From the NCBI GenBank assembly GCA_973895155.1, contig OZ316895.1, positions 12,769,263-12,833,262 of the forward strand: 64,000 bases of DNA. The letters run 5' to 3'. The position numbers and the translations under genes are program-made. A model generated the notes under the pieces. That model was not told the DNA's origin. It searched no databases and worked only from the letters and a program-made list of their open reading frames with translations. This document shows, piece by piece, positions 1 through 13,065 of the stretch. Source of the DNA: Marsupella aquatica. Its lineage: Eukaryota; Plantae; Marchantiophyta. The stretch's first letter is position 1. Every line of letters begins with the position of its first letter.

Positions 1-1659
1 GACAGTCAGGGCTTCACCCTACAAATTATCCTATCAGAAACGTACCTGAGACTAGAATGGAGAAATTTCTTGTTCACAATTTAAGAGCTCTATGGCAATG
101 TGAGCAGGACTCCAAATTATGTTTGACGACCTTCCCAAGGAGACTATAGTGTCTTCAACAGATTCCTCGGAGAGTCACACACTCAAGGTTCACAATCAAA
201 TCCAAGCTCAACATTGGGAAAACGCACAGATCACACTGCTCATTCACGTAACAAAACAGTTCTGGTCAAGAAGAAGAGCACCAGAATGACCTGAGGTTCT
301 CGAAAGACAACCCAATAATCCCCTAACTTGCAATTGACTAAATTAGGGATCCAACCAGTAGACACGGGATCAAGAGCAACAGCCCGTGTTGCCATAGCCG
401 ATCAGTGCTTCAGCTTGCGAGTGATCAATGTTCTTGTGGGCAAGGATGTGGTAGACAGAATATGGACCTTCTCGCCCAAGCCCTATGCATATGTCAGCCA
501 AAGGACCCATCTCAAGTGTCACATTGTACCATGATTTATTTTTGGTGGATACACAACAAACCATGCAGGAGAGATATGAAAATCATTTGGCTCTCAGGTA
601 CATTCCTTTTGAGTGAAGTTGGAGGGGTTTGCAGCAGACAACCAAGGGTAGTAGGGGAGGGTCTTAGGGCTGTCTTGCATGCGAGGGTCTTGACATAATA
701 GGCCCTACTCCTGATGAGGTGGAACCATGGGACTGACCATTCCAAGACATTCCTGCCTCACCCCCCTCTTGAGCCGGTCCTCACGGCTAAACAAGTGCAC
801 TTTCAAAGGCAAGGGCCGCAACTTCTGCAGCCCCTACCATCCCTACCTTGCAATCTCATATAAAACAAAATGAAATACTTGCCTTAGCCAAATGTGTGCA
901 TATTTTGAATGTTATTTGTGCCAACAATTCAGCAATCTTAAGGGCCGCAGTTTTGAAAACAATGGCACATGCAAGGCAGCCCTTAGGCTTGCTTGTAGCG
1001 GCCACTCCCATGCCAATGGTGAGGTTGGGGAAGGTTTGGACATACACCAAACTCCTTGTACTAGATACGGATGAACTTTTGTGGCTCAATTTTTCCCAAA
1101 AAGCCTCATGACCTTCAATTGGCAGTTATCAATTGGCTTTGGAGACTCAAGAAGATGGAACGAATGGTGAGCTTTGGAGACCAAGCCAAACGTTTGTTAG
1201 CAGCTGCAAAATGGCAACGACCATCTGCAGATAGTAAAAATATTATTTTCAAGTTTCCTCATTCTTGATAGGAATGCCAACTCCTACCAGAAATGACCAT
1301 TATGGTTAGATCTGATTTTGAAAAAAATGTCACTGATTTCAGCAAAATTATGCAAAAGTTGGAGGACTCTTCAGTCTCCTTATTTCATCACACTTCTGGT
1401 TTAGTTCATCATTGTGTTACACATAAATTAGATTATTTTCTCTTAGTGGGGCCCCAGGGGCTGTAGTTGTGCAGTTTGCATTGGTGTCATCCTATGACTG
1501 TCAGTTGGAAATTGCGGGAACAAGTTGCCCTCTACATACACATATTTGTTCAATGCAAGATATTTGTTGTGGATGATCTGTTGCCTCTCTCAAATCACAT
1601 CACCGTGCCTGCCTTTTTCATACCTTAAATAGAAGGGAAACAGAGCTCTGATGGGTCCA

Positions 1660-2480
1660 AATCTACCCCCAAGAAACACATACCCTGGGCTTGTACAAGT
1701 TTTGCAGAGAAGCCATCTTCCAACACTGTTGGAAGTTTTGAGTGAAGTCCTTTCCATTCGTGTCATACCAAGCCCTTACGTGTTCCATGGCCATAACATT
1801 TCTTGTAACTCCACACAAGTTACTGCAAGTCAGTTTTGGTGAGTGTAACAAGATATTGCTTCTACTAGTGTGTTTAATTGTGTCCAGACATCATCTAGCA
1901 CTTGCCACTGTCGCGTCACCTCAAGGCTTTGCTGGCTGTAAATCTATTGCTTTGCAATTGCAACAGCTTTCTTGTTATTGTAGTGTGTTTGAACATAGTA
2001 CCATAGCTCCAATATCACTTCAAAAGGTGCAAACTCCCTATAAGGTAGCAAACCTGATTTAGCTTGTTCCACAGGATTATTGGTAACCTTCCCAAGATGG
2101 AGGGAAACAAATGCCTGGCATACAATTTCTTGTCAATGCTTTTGATGTAATCTGCCACAGTGCCACACATGCAATTATGGATACTCACAAGTGCTCCTAG
2201 AATTTGTCAAACCTGCAATCCATTTCAGTGCAAGGACCAATATAAGCAGCCAATTTGTGTAAGGGTTAGAGCCCCTGTTCAGAATTGAACTTTATAAGTG
2301 TACAGTACAAGACTTGGGTCTTACCTTTGCTTTGTCTTAGGATACACACAAAATGATCCCATCCAATCCATTCTTGCCCTTCTTCAATGACCCTCACCAC
2401 CATCTTCTATCAAGGGCACTATTTCACCAATGAAAATCAATGCCAACAGCAGTGACTACCATGTCATCTTGGCTTCTGCA
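1660..2480 (-). pseudogene. Degenerate Mutator-like (MULE) transposase relic, C-terminal part with SWIM-like region
   Basis: Manual minus-strand translation gives GTVADYIKSIDKKLYARHLFPS, then after a frameshift GKVTNNPVEQAKSGLLPYREFAPFEVILELW (~1990-2100), resembling the MULE 'G..T.N..E..N..L...R' motif. A SWIM-like TCSNLCG..EHVRAW..GKDF..LQNLYKP follows (ORF 1663-1851). Stops and frameshifts present; boundaries approximate. Confidence 0.55.
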
Positions 2481-2653
2481 AAAAGCAAATTGTGTACATG
2501 ACTATTAACAACAAAATTTAGGATTCTTGTGAAACCTCAAAATATAATTTTATGATTCAACTTCACAAATGTTCTGTGTATTTTGATGTAAACACTTGAC
2601 TTTGAAGTATATGCATTATTTTCAAAATTAAAAAGATGAAACTATGAGAATGT

Positions 2654-3397
2654 TGTTGAGTATAGACGATAATCGCAACGGTAAGCACATGACATATCCA
2701 ACATGCAAGTAGTCGACACAAGAGATACGTGGTTCACCTCCTTGAGGCTACGTCCACGGGAACACACAAGAGAGCTTTACTGAACTCTAAGCCCGTCAGC
2801 TATACCGAGTCTCCACAGTGTAAGCTCTCCCTATCTCTCAAGTGGCTCCATAACAATGAGCCTTGGTTCTACATCTCCAAACACACATGCCTCCTCAGGG
2901 GTCTCACTATATGGGGACCTCCCCATCGCCTGCAACGTTTTTAGGCCTCGAACCCCCTAAAATGTAAGAATTTTTTTTAATTTTTTAACCCCTATAAAGT
3001 TGGAATATTCTTGGAATATTCTAAAAATTGGATTAAAAAGACCCTAATGTTCTTATAAGTCTCAAAATTGAATTTAAAAGACCCTATTGTTCTTCTACAA
3101 AAATTCTTAAGTCTTCCCTTAGAACCAATAAAATGACCCTATCCTTCGTCGCACATGATATGCCATTTTTGTGGAAGTGAGACCCCCGAGCATGCCTCTT
3201 ATAATATAGTGTGCAACTTAGTTAACCTAACCACATTGTTGTACCTAATCACGTAGTTGTACCTAACCACATTGTTGTACCTAATCACGTAGTTGTACCT
3301 AACCATGTAGTTGTACCAACCCATGTTGTTGTACCAACCCACGTTGTTGTACCAACCACGTCATACCTAACCTAGACATAAGAATAAATACCCAACA
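2654..3397 (-). repeat. 3' LTR of copia element 1 (contains a 297-bp MITE and ~18-bp tandem repeats GTTGTACCTAACCAC)
   Basis: Direct repeat of 8587-9007; adjacent to the PPT. Confidence 0.95.
2894..3190. mobile_element. MITE (hAT-like by TSD length) inserted in the 3' LTR
   Basis: 15-bp TIRs CTCAGGGGTCTCACT / AGTGAGACCCCCGAG (1 mismatch); 8-bp TSD CATGCCTC (2886-2893, 3191-3198); absent from the other LTR. Confidence 0.88.
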
Positions 3398-3411
3398 ATC
3401 TTCCCCTTGAC
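3398..3411 (-). other. Polypurine tract of copia element 1
   Basis: Minus strand GTCAAGGGGAAGAT immediately before the 3' LTR. Confidence 0.88.
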
Positions 3412-3587
3412 TCTGGTCTAGGGGAGAGTAATACTGCCAATGTATATGATCCCTCAGCGGGAAGTTCTGGACAAAAACCAAACCCGTTTCCCTCTCTAAC
3501 TAGAGCAAACCAGAACTAAGCCGTAGCCTTATACATAGGAATGAGGAAGAGCATATATCAGTAATTACAATGAATGTTAAGAAAACT

Positions 3588-6500
3588 CTACTTGTGATGC
3601 AATTGCAAAACCTGTAATACGTCATGGTGTCTAGAGAAACTCTCCAAAGGAATCACTTTGGTAAATGCGTCAACCGGGTTGAGTTTACCATCAATCTTGA
3701 CTAGCTCAAACAAATTATCAGACACACCCTGCCTGATAAAATGGTACCTGACGTCAATGTGCTTCACTCTGCTGTCCATCACCTGGTTCACAGCAAGGTG
3801 GAGCGCACTTTGACTATCACAATGGAACTTCACATTCCCCTGTGGCAATCTCATTTCAGTGATAAGTCTATCCAACCAAATCGCTTCCTTTGCTGCTTCC
3901 ACAGCTACAACATACTCCGCTTCTGTAGTAGATTGAGCAATACACTTCTGCAAAGTAGACCTCCAACTTATGCATCCACCGCCAAGTGTGAACACGTATC
4001 CTGTTGTTGATCTCCTTCGGTCCAAATCTTGTCCATAGTCAGAATCTACATAGCCAATCAATGATCTAGCATTCTTTGCATTCGCATCAAATAAAAGACC
4101 ATGATCCACGGTACCCTTCAAGTACCTGATAATCCACTTCACTGCTTCCCAATGTACCTTCCCTGGATTTGACATGTACCTACTTACCTTGCCCATAGCC
4201 ATGGCAAGATCAGGTCTAGTGCAAGTCATCAAATACATGAGACTTCCCATTGTCTTATCATAAGGAACCTTTGACATCAGCCCCTTCTCTGTCGCATCTG
4301 TGGGACAGAAAGCTGATGATAATTTGAAGTGTGCAGCCAAAGGGGTACTTACTGGCTTGCTATCCCCCATGTTGAACCTAGCAATTACCTTCCTCGCCTA
4401 ACTGCTCTGTGTCAACCATAGCTTACTAGCCTCCAAGTCCCTAGTGATCTCCATACCCAAAATCCTCTTAGCTGGCCCTAGGTCCTTCATCTTAAACTCT
4501 GCACTGAGCAGTGCCTTAAGCTTAACAATCTCAGACCTATCATTGGCCGCAATAAGCATGTCATCCACATAAAGTACTAAAACAATGAACCCAAAGACAA
4601 CATTCTTCACCGGTTTCAAATACACACAAGGGTCAAATACACTTCTGTGAAAACCTTGTGACCGAATCCAATCGTCAAACCGCTTGTTCCACTGTCTTGG
4701 TGACTGCTTCAACCCATACAAGGATTTCAGCAATCTGCAAACCAATTCCTCATGTCCTCTCTTCACAAAACCTAGCAGTTGTCTCATGAAGATCACCTCT
4801 TCCAATGTATCATAGAGGAAAGCTGTGACAACATCCATCTAATTTAGCAGCAGACCAAACATTACAACAAGTACACACAATAGTCATATTGTAGAGTACT
4901 TAGCAACTGGTGAGAAGACCTCATTGTAATCCACACCTTTCTCTTGTGTGAATCCCTTTGCTACCAACCTAGCCTTGTAGACCTTTGATCCACCTCCTGT
5001 GGAATTATCCTTCAGCTTATAAATCCACTCGCTGTCTACCACTTGCTGACCCTTAGGCAGCTTAACAAGCTCCCAAGTTTTGTTGTCCTTTAGTGACTGC
5101 ATCTCCGTTTGCATTGTTGCAGTCCACTTCTGCTTCTCCTTTGAAGCACTGGCCTCATGAAATAAAGAAGGTTCCCCTTCTTCCAAAATTAACGCATCAC
5201 CCTCATCATCAGCTACAAAATCATCCTCTTGCAGTTGAGATGAATCAACCCACTGTCCATACTTAGGAGGAGCGTGTACAGTACGACCAGATGTTCTTCT
5301 AGCCGATGACTCCGGTTGAATTGCGTCTACTGGTACAATTTGAAGCTCAGCAGCATCCATTTGCTGCTCACCAGCATCAATAAACTCCTTTTGTTCCTCT
5401 GGCACAGGAACCAGCTCCATGCTTGGAGCACCTCCTTCTCTCCGATCATGCACTTCATGATCAATCTCCCCCTCAACGAGATCCGGGATAGGAGATTTTC
5501 CTTTGTCAGTACGGGAGACTTGAGTATTCTCCCCCTCCTTCAATAATCTGGATTCATTGAAAGAAACATCTCTACTAACAATGAGCTTACAGGCAATAGG
5601 ATCCCATAACCTGTAGGCCTTCACACCACTCTGATACCCAAGAAAAATACATTTCTTGGACGTAGGATCCAACTTGGTTCTATTTTGCTTTGGTGTGAGA
5701 GCATATGCATCACTTCCAAAAACTACCAAGCCATGATAGTCTGCTTGCCGCTTATAACGCATTTCAAACGGCGTTTTGAAATTGATTGCACTAGAAGGAG
5801 AAAGATTTACCAAATAAGCTGTAGTATTGACAGCTTCTGCCCAAAATTCCTGTGGTAAACCTGATTGGCTCAGCATACTCCGTGACCGCTCCAATAGTGT
5901 TCGATTGAGCCTCTCAACTACACCATTATGTTGTGAAGTATAAACTATGGTGAGATGACGAGTTATCCCCTGTTCTGCACAGTACTCTTCAAATTTTATT
6001 GAAGTGTACTCCCCGCCGTTGTCTGACCTTAGACTCTTCACCCTTGTATCCAAACACTTAACCGTGTTTCCTGTCTGATTCTCTACTTGGGCCTTCCACT
6101 TTATAAAAATGGACAAGACATCAGACTTATGCGTCATGAAATAAATCCATACAAATCTTGAGTAATCGTCAATAAAGGATACATAGTACAATTTTCCAGA
6201 ATGTGAGGGAGTCGGGGATTGTCCCCACACGTCATTATGTATGTACTCAAGAACCGCTTTGGAATGATGAGTTCCAACACCGAAAGCACGACGATGCTGC
6301 TTTCCAAAAATGCAATACTCACAGAAATCCAATTTACAAGACTACAAATCAGAAATGAGCCCATTCTTCTATAAGATAGCCAAACCCTTCTCACTCATGT
6401 GGCCTAGCCGTGAATGCCATATTTGAGTCATTTCCTCGTGAGACTTGGTCACATTGGCCTCTCCACATACTGTATTGCCCTGCAACACATACAAATTCTT

Positions 6501-7850
6501 TTGTCTGCGCCCCTTCAAAATCATTATCTCTCCCGACATGATTTGAAGTTCACCATCAATTACTCGCCATTGATGACCATTTGTATCCAACACACCGAGT
6601 GAAATCAAATTCTTACGCATGCCAGGTACGAACCTGACTCCGGATACTGTGCGCACAATGTCATCAAACATTTGAATCTTTACAGACCCAATACCCTCAA
6701 CTTGAAAGGAGTGATCATTTCCCATCAAAACTAAACCATTTGACACAGAATAAGAATTGAAATACTCGCGAATGTAACAAATGTGAAAGGAGCAAGCACA
6801 ATCAAGAATCCACACATCATTTGCTCTCCTAGATGATGTGCACAGGGCATACTCCTAACTTCATAAAACATACTCATCGTTGAGTAAATCAACTTCTCCA
6901 TCAACACTAGCCACATTGGCTGATGAACATTCAGCTGCCTTACCCTTACAATCTCTCTTAATGTGGCCAGTCTTGCCACACTTCCAGCATACCACCGGCT
7001 TCCTCTCTTGGGACTTCCTCCTTGAAGCAAATCTTGTCCTAGATTTACTTCTTCCCCTGCCATTCGTGTGGTGCTCTGGATGCTTTTGTGACCTCCCATG
7101 ATTCACATTCAAGGCAGCACCAGACGACGATGATGGCTGAGAGGGCATGGTCAATTTCTGCTGCAAGTCATCAGTCAACAGAGCACTTACAACTTCATTG
7201 TAAGTGATAGTCTTCCTGTCACGATGAAGCAGCATTCGTGACAATGACTGATACAACAAGGGTAAAGAGCTAAGCAAGTGAAGAGCCTGCCGCTCATCAC
7301 TCAAATCCTCCCCCAGATTTTGCAAATCAACGACCAGGTCGTTGAAACCATCGATATGGTCCTGAATCTTTGCACTTCCTTCCTTCATCTTGAAGCTCAT
7401 AAGCTTCAAAGATGTGTAGAGCCGATTCGATAGCTCCTTTTGATGGTACTTTTGCTCCAATGCGGCAAACAATGATGCACAATTGACATGGTCTGCCAAT
7501 TGCTTGATGACATTAGGCTGAAGATAGAGCATCACGGTGCTCACAGCCTGCTCCTGCATGTCCTGCCAATCATCATTGTCGATATCATTTGGCTGGTCCT
7601 TCAGCAATTTCCCAAGCCCAGTCACACGGAGTACCCCCTTCACTTGTCGCTCCCACAACAAGTAGTCCGTGCGGCCATCGTATTTTGTAACCTCAAACTT
7701 GGGACCTCCAAGCTTGATTGTCCCCGTCCTTTTTCTTGTCACTCGCCGCAATACCGGTGACCATAATTCCGCTAGATCTTCTGCTTCCTCCTCTGTTCTC
7801 TCTGGTGACTCAATAGAACCCTCCTCCAAGTCACTCATGTGAGAAATCAA
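3588..7850 (-). pseudogene. Copia gag-pol polyprotein broken by in-frame stops (segments 6861-7850 gag, 6369-6815 PR/GAG-pre-integrase, 4884-6332 IN and RT start, 4398-4838 RT, 3588-4370 RT/RNase H)
   Basis: CCHC knuckle CWKCGKTGHIKRDC; protease WILDCACSFH; WHSRLGH...CEYC; IN motifs FIDDYSR, LRSDNGGEY, ERLNRTL; RT motifs KARLVAKGF, LYGLKQSPRQW, YVDDML; RNase H GYVDSD, TTEAEY, KHIDVRYHF. All segments lie in one reading frame. Confidence 0.95.
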
Positions 7851-8572
7851 GAAAAAATGACGTTTTTCTTAACTTCTCAAAAAACTCAAAGGTTATCACT
7901 ACCACGTAGCCCACGAGCCTAGTTTTCCAATGCTTGTCAACAACGAATGTTGATGAATTGCACTCGGTGCCGTCACCAAGTCCAACAAGGTAAATGATTT
8001 TTCTTAGCCTTCCTCTTCGCATCAAGAGCCAATCCCGGACTCAAAACAATTGTCTTGCCTCAATCTCTCCGTTGAGTCAAAACACTTGACGTTTCTCCCT
8101 CCGAGTCGATTGCAACAACAAGAAACCTCGCTCAGGCAAAAGAAAACTCCATAGCCGGTCAAAAAATCAGAACGCTTCTTTTGCTCGTTGTGAAGTACTC
8201 ATTACACACTCGACAACAAACCAGCTACCGAAATGATCAGCTCGTCCCGATCTACAAATGGAGCTATAACATGCGACGCTTCCTTCGCTGTAGAGCTCAC
8301 ACCATCGAGAAAACAAACTCTGGTCCCTCCTCCGAAAAACCGTCGAACACGAATGTTGCCGACTTTCTTCACAAAATCCAGAACGACAAAAACTTAGATC
8401 TCTCCGCACCATGAGCTCCGTTCAGCGATTTCTTCACACCGTTAGAAAGCCTTTGCCCTGATCTATCCGTTGAGCCCATAAACTCCAAGTTCCATGCGAC
8501 GGAACTCCGGGAAATCCACCGACACTCAACGCTGGAAAAAACCGTCACGAACACACGTCACCTCCCAGACAT

Positions 8573-8584
8573 GCTCTGATACCA
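8573..8584 (-). other. Primer binding site (tRNA-iMet) of copia element 1
   Basis: Minus strand TGGTATCAGAGC, 2 nt inside the 5' LTR boundary. Confidence 0.92.
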
Positions 8585-8586
8585 AT

Positions 8587-9007
8587 TGTTGAGTATAGAT
8601 GATAATCACAACGGTAAGCACATGACATATCCAACATGCAAATAGTCGACACAAGAGATACGTGGTTCACCTCCTTGAGGCTACGTCCACGGGAACACAC
8701 AAGAGAGCTTTACTAAACTCTAAGCCCATCGGCTATACCGAGTCTCCACAGTGTAAGCTCTCCCTATCTCTCAAGTGGCTCCATAACAATGAGCCTTGGT
8801 TCTACATCTCCAAGCACACGTGCCTCTTATGATATAGTGTGCAACTTAGTTAACCTAACCACATTGTTATACCTAACCACATTGTTATACCTAATCACGT
8901 AGTTGTACCTAACCATGTAATTGTACCAAACCATGTTGTTGTACCAACCCACGTTGTTGTACCAACCATGTCATACCTAACCTAGATATAAAAGTAAATA
9001 TCCAACA
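8587..9007 (-). repeat. 5' LTR of copia element 1
   Basis: Direct repeat of 2654-3397 minus the MITE; TG...CA ends. Confidence 0.95.
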
Positions 9008-9899
9008 AATGTGTGTTGGCTTCATTACAAACATTGAAGCATACCTAATTAAGTTGGAGATACTTGAACTAATTCCTAGTGTTGAAACTTAGTAGAAATG
9101 TATAGTCCCGGAGTCAAGTGCAATGCAAAATCTAGGGTGCTCAAGCTAATTGTCGAGTGCCATTCGCTCAGATAAGATCTCCCTGAAACCTTTGAACTTC
9201 CTACTCCAATAAAACCTAAAGTTTTTTAATTCAAAATCAATATCATCCGACTTAAAATATAATTTTTTGAGATTCATCCAAGCTTGAGAATCCTATCTTA
9301 GCAAAAATTTTGATGGAGATCTACTCTTCTAAGTCTACTAACTCAACTCGGGACTGAACTCCACGTTTCCTTAATTGACAAAACCAAACCCTATGATACC
9401 CTATCTTGCCAAAACGTTCCAAAGTCCATTTACAAAAATAAAAATAGTAGAAGCCAATCCTGACCCTTCATCAAAAACTTTTGCACCATACATTTAAGTT
9501 TACACTCCTACTCAAATGTCTGCCCAAGCTGCTCTTTCCCTAGCCTCATCTGCCCAAAATAAAAATAAAAAGTATAAAAAATTTAATTCAAAAAACCTCA
9601 AAACAAATTGAAAGCTTTGAAAGGTGTACCAAAATTTGTAAATCAGGGAAAAACAAAGTACAATGACAGGAAAGAGAAAGATTTCCAAGGAGAACAAACA
9701 GCTAACCAGAAAAAAGAAAAGCAAATGTAAACCTAACAAAAAGGATTAATAAAAAGAGAAAAGTGTCAAACACTACATGAGAGCAAACTCAATGACTAGT
9801 GTACACATTGGAATATGCGACAAGAGCTAATGGGTGACATCCAATGTCCTAACCAAATGAGCAAGTGGGTAAGGATGTGCTAGTATTTGCGGGGGCATA

Positions 9900-10645
9900 G
9901 TGGTGCCCATTGTGAGGGATTGACGATAAATGCTCGAGCCTGGGCACGTTGTAAGGCCACTAAAATGCGCTGACAAAAGTGTGTGGTCAAGATGGATAGT
10001 GGGGGTCTGGAGGAACCCATCCGTCCGTGAATATCACGAGCAGCTTGTTGAAGAAGGCCATCAAACTGATGATGAAGACACCCAAAGATCTCAATAGCCA
10101 GGGGGAGAAAGGTATCAGATGAAGCTTGAGCGACATATTTTGCCTCCTTTGTTGAGGCCACCCTGGATTCCACTGCCATTGCCCCTGCCATTGTCGCCGC
10201 TACCTCAATGAGGTCCTGACGCAAAGGGTTTGCCACCACAACATTCGCCAAAGTACATTGACCATCACGGAACATGGTTAAATCAACCCACAAGCGTTGT
10301 GTGGGAGGACCAGGTAGCTCGGGCATCATCTCCCGTCGCACGTGTACCAAAGACCCAAAGAGAACCTGAGCAATAGCATCTCTCACAACATCATGAATAA
10401 CTATGGTTTCACCTCTCAAATTGCACTGAAGAAGATGGACCTTTGTGGCATCACAAGGCTTCTCACATGTGCCAAAAGTGGGTAGACCAACAAGAAGAGG
10501 GTGAGATAGCCTCAAACGAGGACGAATGGCGATGGGTAACTCCTCTGAAGACATCCATAGATGAGGGATGGCCGGATTGGCCTGAAGCCACCCTCCAACA
10601 CCTTTCTCTCCAGAAGAAAGAATCCGAGCTTGGTCCGGTTTAGGT
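9900..10645 (-). mobile_element. Truncated CRE-like non-LTR retrotransposon fragment (zinc knuckle and restriction-like endonuclease)
   Basis: In ORF 9880-10926: degenerate knuckle TCEKPCDATKVHLLQC...HDVVRDAI, then VRRE...VDL...NVVVANP, KEAKY, FLPLAIEIFG and QRILVALQRAQA, the typical C-terminus of RLE-type LINEs. The N-terminal ~90 aa of the ORF is AT-rich non-coding sequence. Confidence 0.75.
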
Positions 10646-11265
10646 GCCTTGAAAGAGAAAGAGAAAAATTCAAAACTTTGAAAATATATATACATATCTT
10701 CCAAATTGAATTTCTTTATTAATAAATAATTAAAAAGAAACAAAAGAAAATCAAAAGAAAAGTGGACGCAACCATGCTTTAACTGTGCCATACAATGGCC
10801 ATCATCACCTATCTTGCATCTCCAAGCTATCACCTTTGCCTTCCTTGATAGCAACACTCCACAACAAGAGTGAACAGCATGATAACATTTCTGCAACTTA
10901 CAATAACCACCAAGCCAAAGTGACAAAACTTTTGCACCCAGAAGCTATGATAAACAGTTCCATGGTTTATTATTCTGATTGTCATACAACACTTGACATT
11001 TGTCGTGCCCATGAAAGACTAGGAAGCAAAATAAAGGGGGGGGGGGCACAATAAAATGGGAAAGGAGGGAAAGGCTTGTTATTTATTAAACTATAAGTTT
11101 TGCCTAAGGACATCTTTTACACAATTGCATCATTTACACAAGACTTTCTTGTACATAAGAAGTTGTTGCCCCCCACAACATCATTTGTACAACTACATCC
11201 TTCTGTAAGGACAGCTTTTATGCAATGCCATATTTTAGGAAGTGACATTGTTTAGAGATATATTC

Positions 11266-11410
11266 TTAATGGACCCCAAATTAAAGTTTTCTCCCCAACC
11301 AACCCCATAAATTTTGGGTATACTGGTTTAGGGTCTATCAAGGTTTATCAACTGTTTGGATCAATCATTTGGTCTATGACATAACAATTTTCATTTTGGG
11401 GTCGATCAAA
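11266..11410. mobile_element. ~145-bp MITE-like repeat, copy A
   Basis: Ends ATGGACCCCAAA ... TTTTGGGGTCGATCAAA; similar to 12345-12494 and 13629-13770. Confidence 0.55.
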
Positions 11411-12344
11411 TTTATGCCTCAATGGTTTACACCACAATATCTTCTCTGTAAGGCACTCGCCAAGTATAGTGTAAGGCACATGTATTGAGCCAGTGATTCT
11501 ATAACTAGGGTGTGAGACGAGGATAACAAGTCACACTCATCATCACTACAAAGGATGCTAAGAAAAACGAAGTCATGCATTGTAGGCTACCTGCACCGGT
11601 CCTTTTACAGTTTCTTCATTTCCTCACGTGCCCCGATGGATAATTGTACTCAAAAGGCTGACAGCAGTTTAATAATAATTTGTACTGGAGCACCACTGTC
11701 AAGTGTCAGAGTTTGCAACATGATAACACCAAAAGCAAAGGAAATTCCTCGAGACATAGCTCCTAGGCTCCTACAGACTGGGAAAGGAAAGAAAACTAGA
11801 CCAAAAAGAAGGGCCACTAGTCTTTGTGGATATTTTATGTTTTTAATCGATAAAGTCCAAAAATCAAACTTAAAGGCGAGACTCAAAAGTCTGCCTTTAT
11901 TTATGAAAAGAGGGTTTGCCTCTGTCCTTTCTGGTGGTGGGGTAGCCATCCTAAGCATCAACGAATGGTAGCAAAGTACTCTAACATAAGGCCCCCTAAC
12001 AAGCTGGCGACAGTGAGGGGAGGAAAAAGTCATCTCCATCTATTTTGGTCTGCTTCGGACGTCGCCAAATCAATAGTCTTTGGCTGATCATCCCCCAAAA
12101 TCATCCCCCCAAATCCCCAATCCCCACTATTTCCGGCGCAGTAGAACTATATTTCCACCTTAGCAAATTTGCTTGACGAAGTCCCTTCACCTAACAGGAA
12201 ATTCCTCCCTGGGCCCCACATCAACGGTCACCTGTTGGACACATGAAAATTGACAGAAAAAGCTTGACGACGATTAAAACAAAAGTCTGACGTATTGATA
12301 AGTAGTTCTGGTCACTAATTGAGAAGTTTGTTACTGAGGAAGTT

Positions 12345-12494
12345 TTTGATGAACCTCCAAAAGGAAAAGTATTACTTGATGGGACCCCTAAGGTTTTTAG
12401 TACATTGATTTAAGGTGTATCAAGGTCCATTACCGGTCTGGATCATCCAGGGATCCTATCAAGTAACATTTTTTTATTTTTGGGTCCCATCAAA
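12345..12494. mobile_element. ~145-bp MITE-like repeat, copy B
   Basis: Ends TTTGATGAACCTCCAAAA ... TTTTGGGTCCCATCAAA, with internal similarity to copies A and C. Confidence 0.55.
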
Positions 12495-12821
12495 CATATA
12501 CCTAGTTTGTTAGTTTCTTCATGTTCTACTCTACAATTACATTTGATAATGGATCAGCCATGTTCGAACTAGGTCAGTGATGGTCAGTGTGATGCTCTCC
12601 TACTACATTTACAGTTAACAATAGAATAGAAAACCAGGTTTCTATGAGCTGGGTGGGACAGGCACCTTGAACGCCAAGGTTGGCTTCAGAAGAGAGTATT
12701 CACCAACCACCCATCTTTTTTGTTTTTGCTTTGGAATCCTAGGCTTAGGCTGAGACTGGCCCACTCCTTTTGGTCTGGTAAAAGTATTGACTGTCAGCCT
12801 AGTCATTCTTGTAAAGCTCCT

Positions 12822-13065
12822 TTCACTTCCAAGTTCCCCAACACAAATCCCCACATAAGCACTGGCGCAATCACAAATGGAGCTTGTATGGCACCTTTCA
12901 CTTCCAAGTGCCCAAAACGCAAATCCCCATATGAGGACTGTTCACATGAGCACTATTGCAATCACAAATGGGGCTACGAAAAGTAGTGCTGTCCCTCTAG
13001 TTACTTGCAAAGCCACTCACTTCCAAGTTCCCAACACAATTCCCACATCAGCAGCCACAAATGAA
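12822..13065. repeat. Degenerate tandem repeat, 3 units (TCACTTCCAAGT.CCCAA..CAAATCCC...CACAAATG)
   Basis: Motif recurs at ~12823, ~12898 and ~13017. Confidence 0.6.

Larger units (their letters stand above)
2654..9007 (-). mobile_element. Full-length Ty1/copia LTR retrotransposon with an inactivated gag-pol
   Basis: Two LTRs with TGTTG...CAACA ends, 5-bp TSD AATGT (2649-2653, 9008-9012), PBS and PPT present, domain order gag-PR-IN-RT-RH. Confidence 0.97.

Noticed and set aside
1-1270. Short ORFs, including an EGPYSV motif reminiscent of gypsy integrase tails
   Set aside because: A single short motif with no supporting domains.
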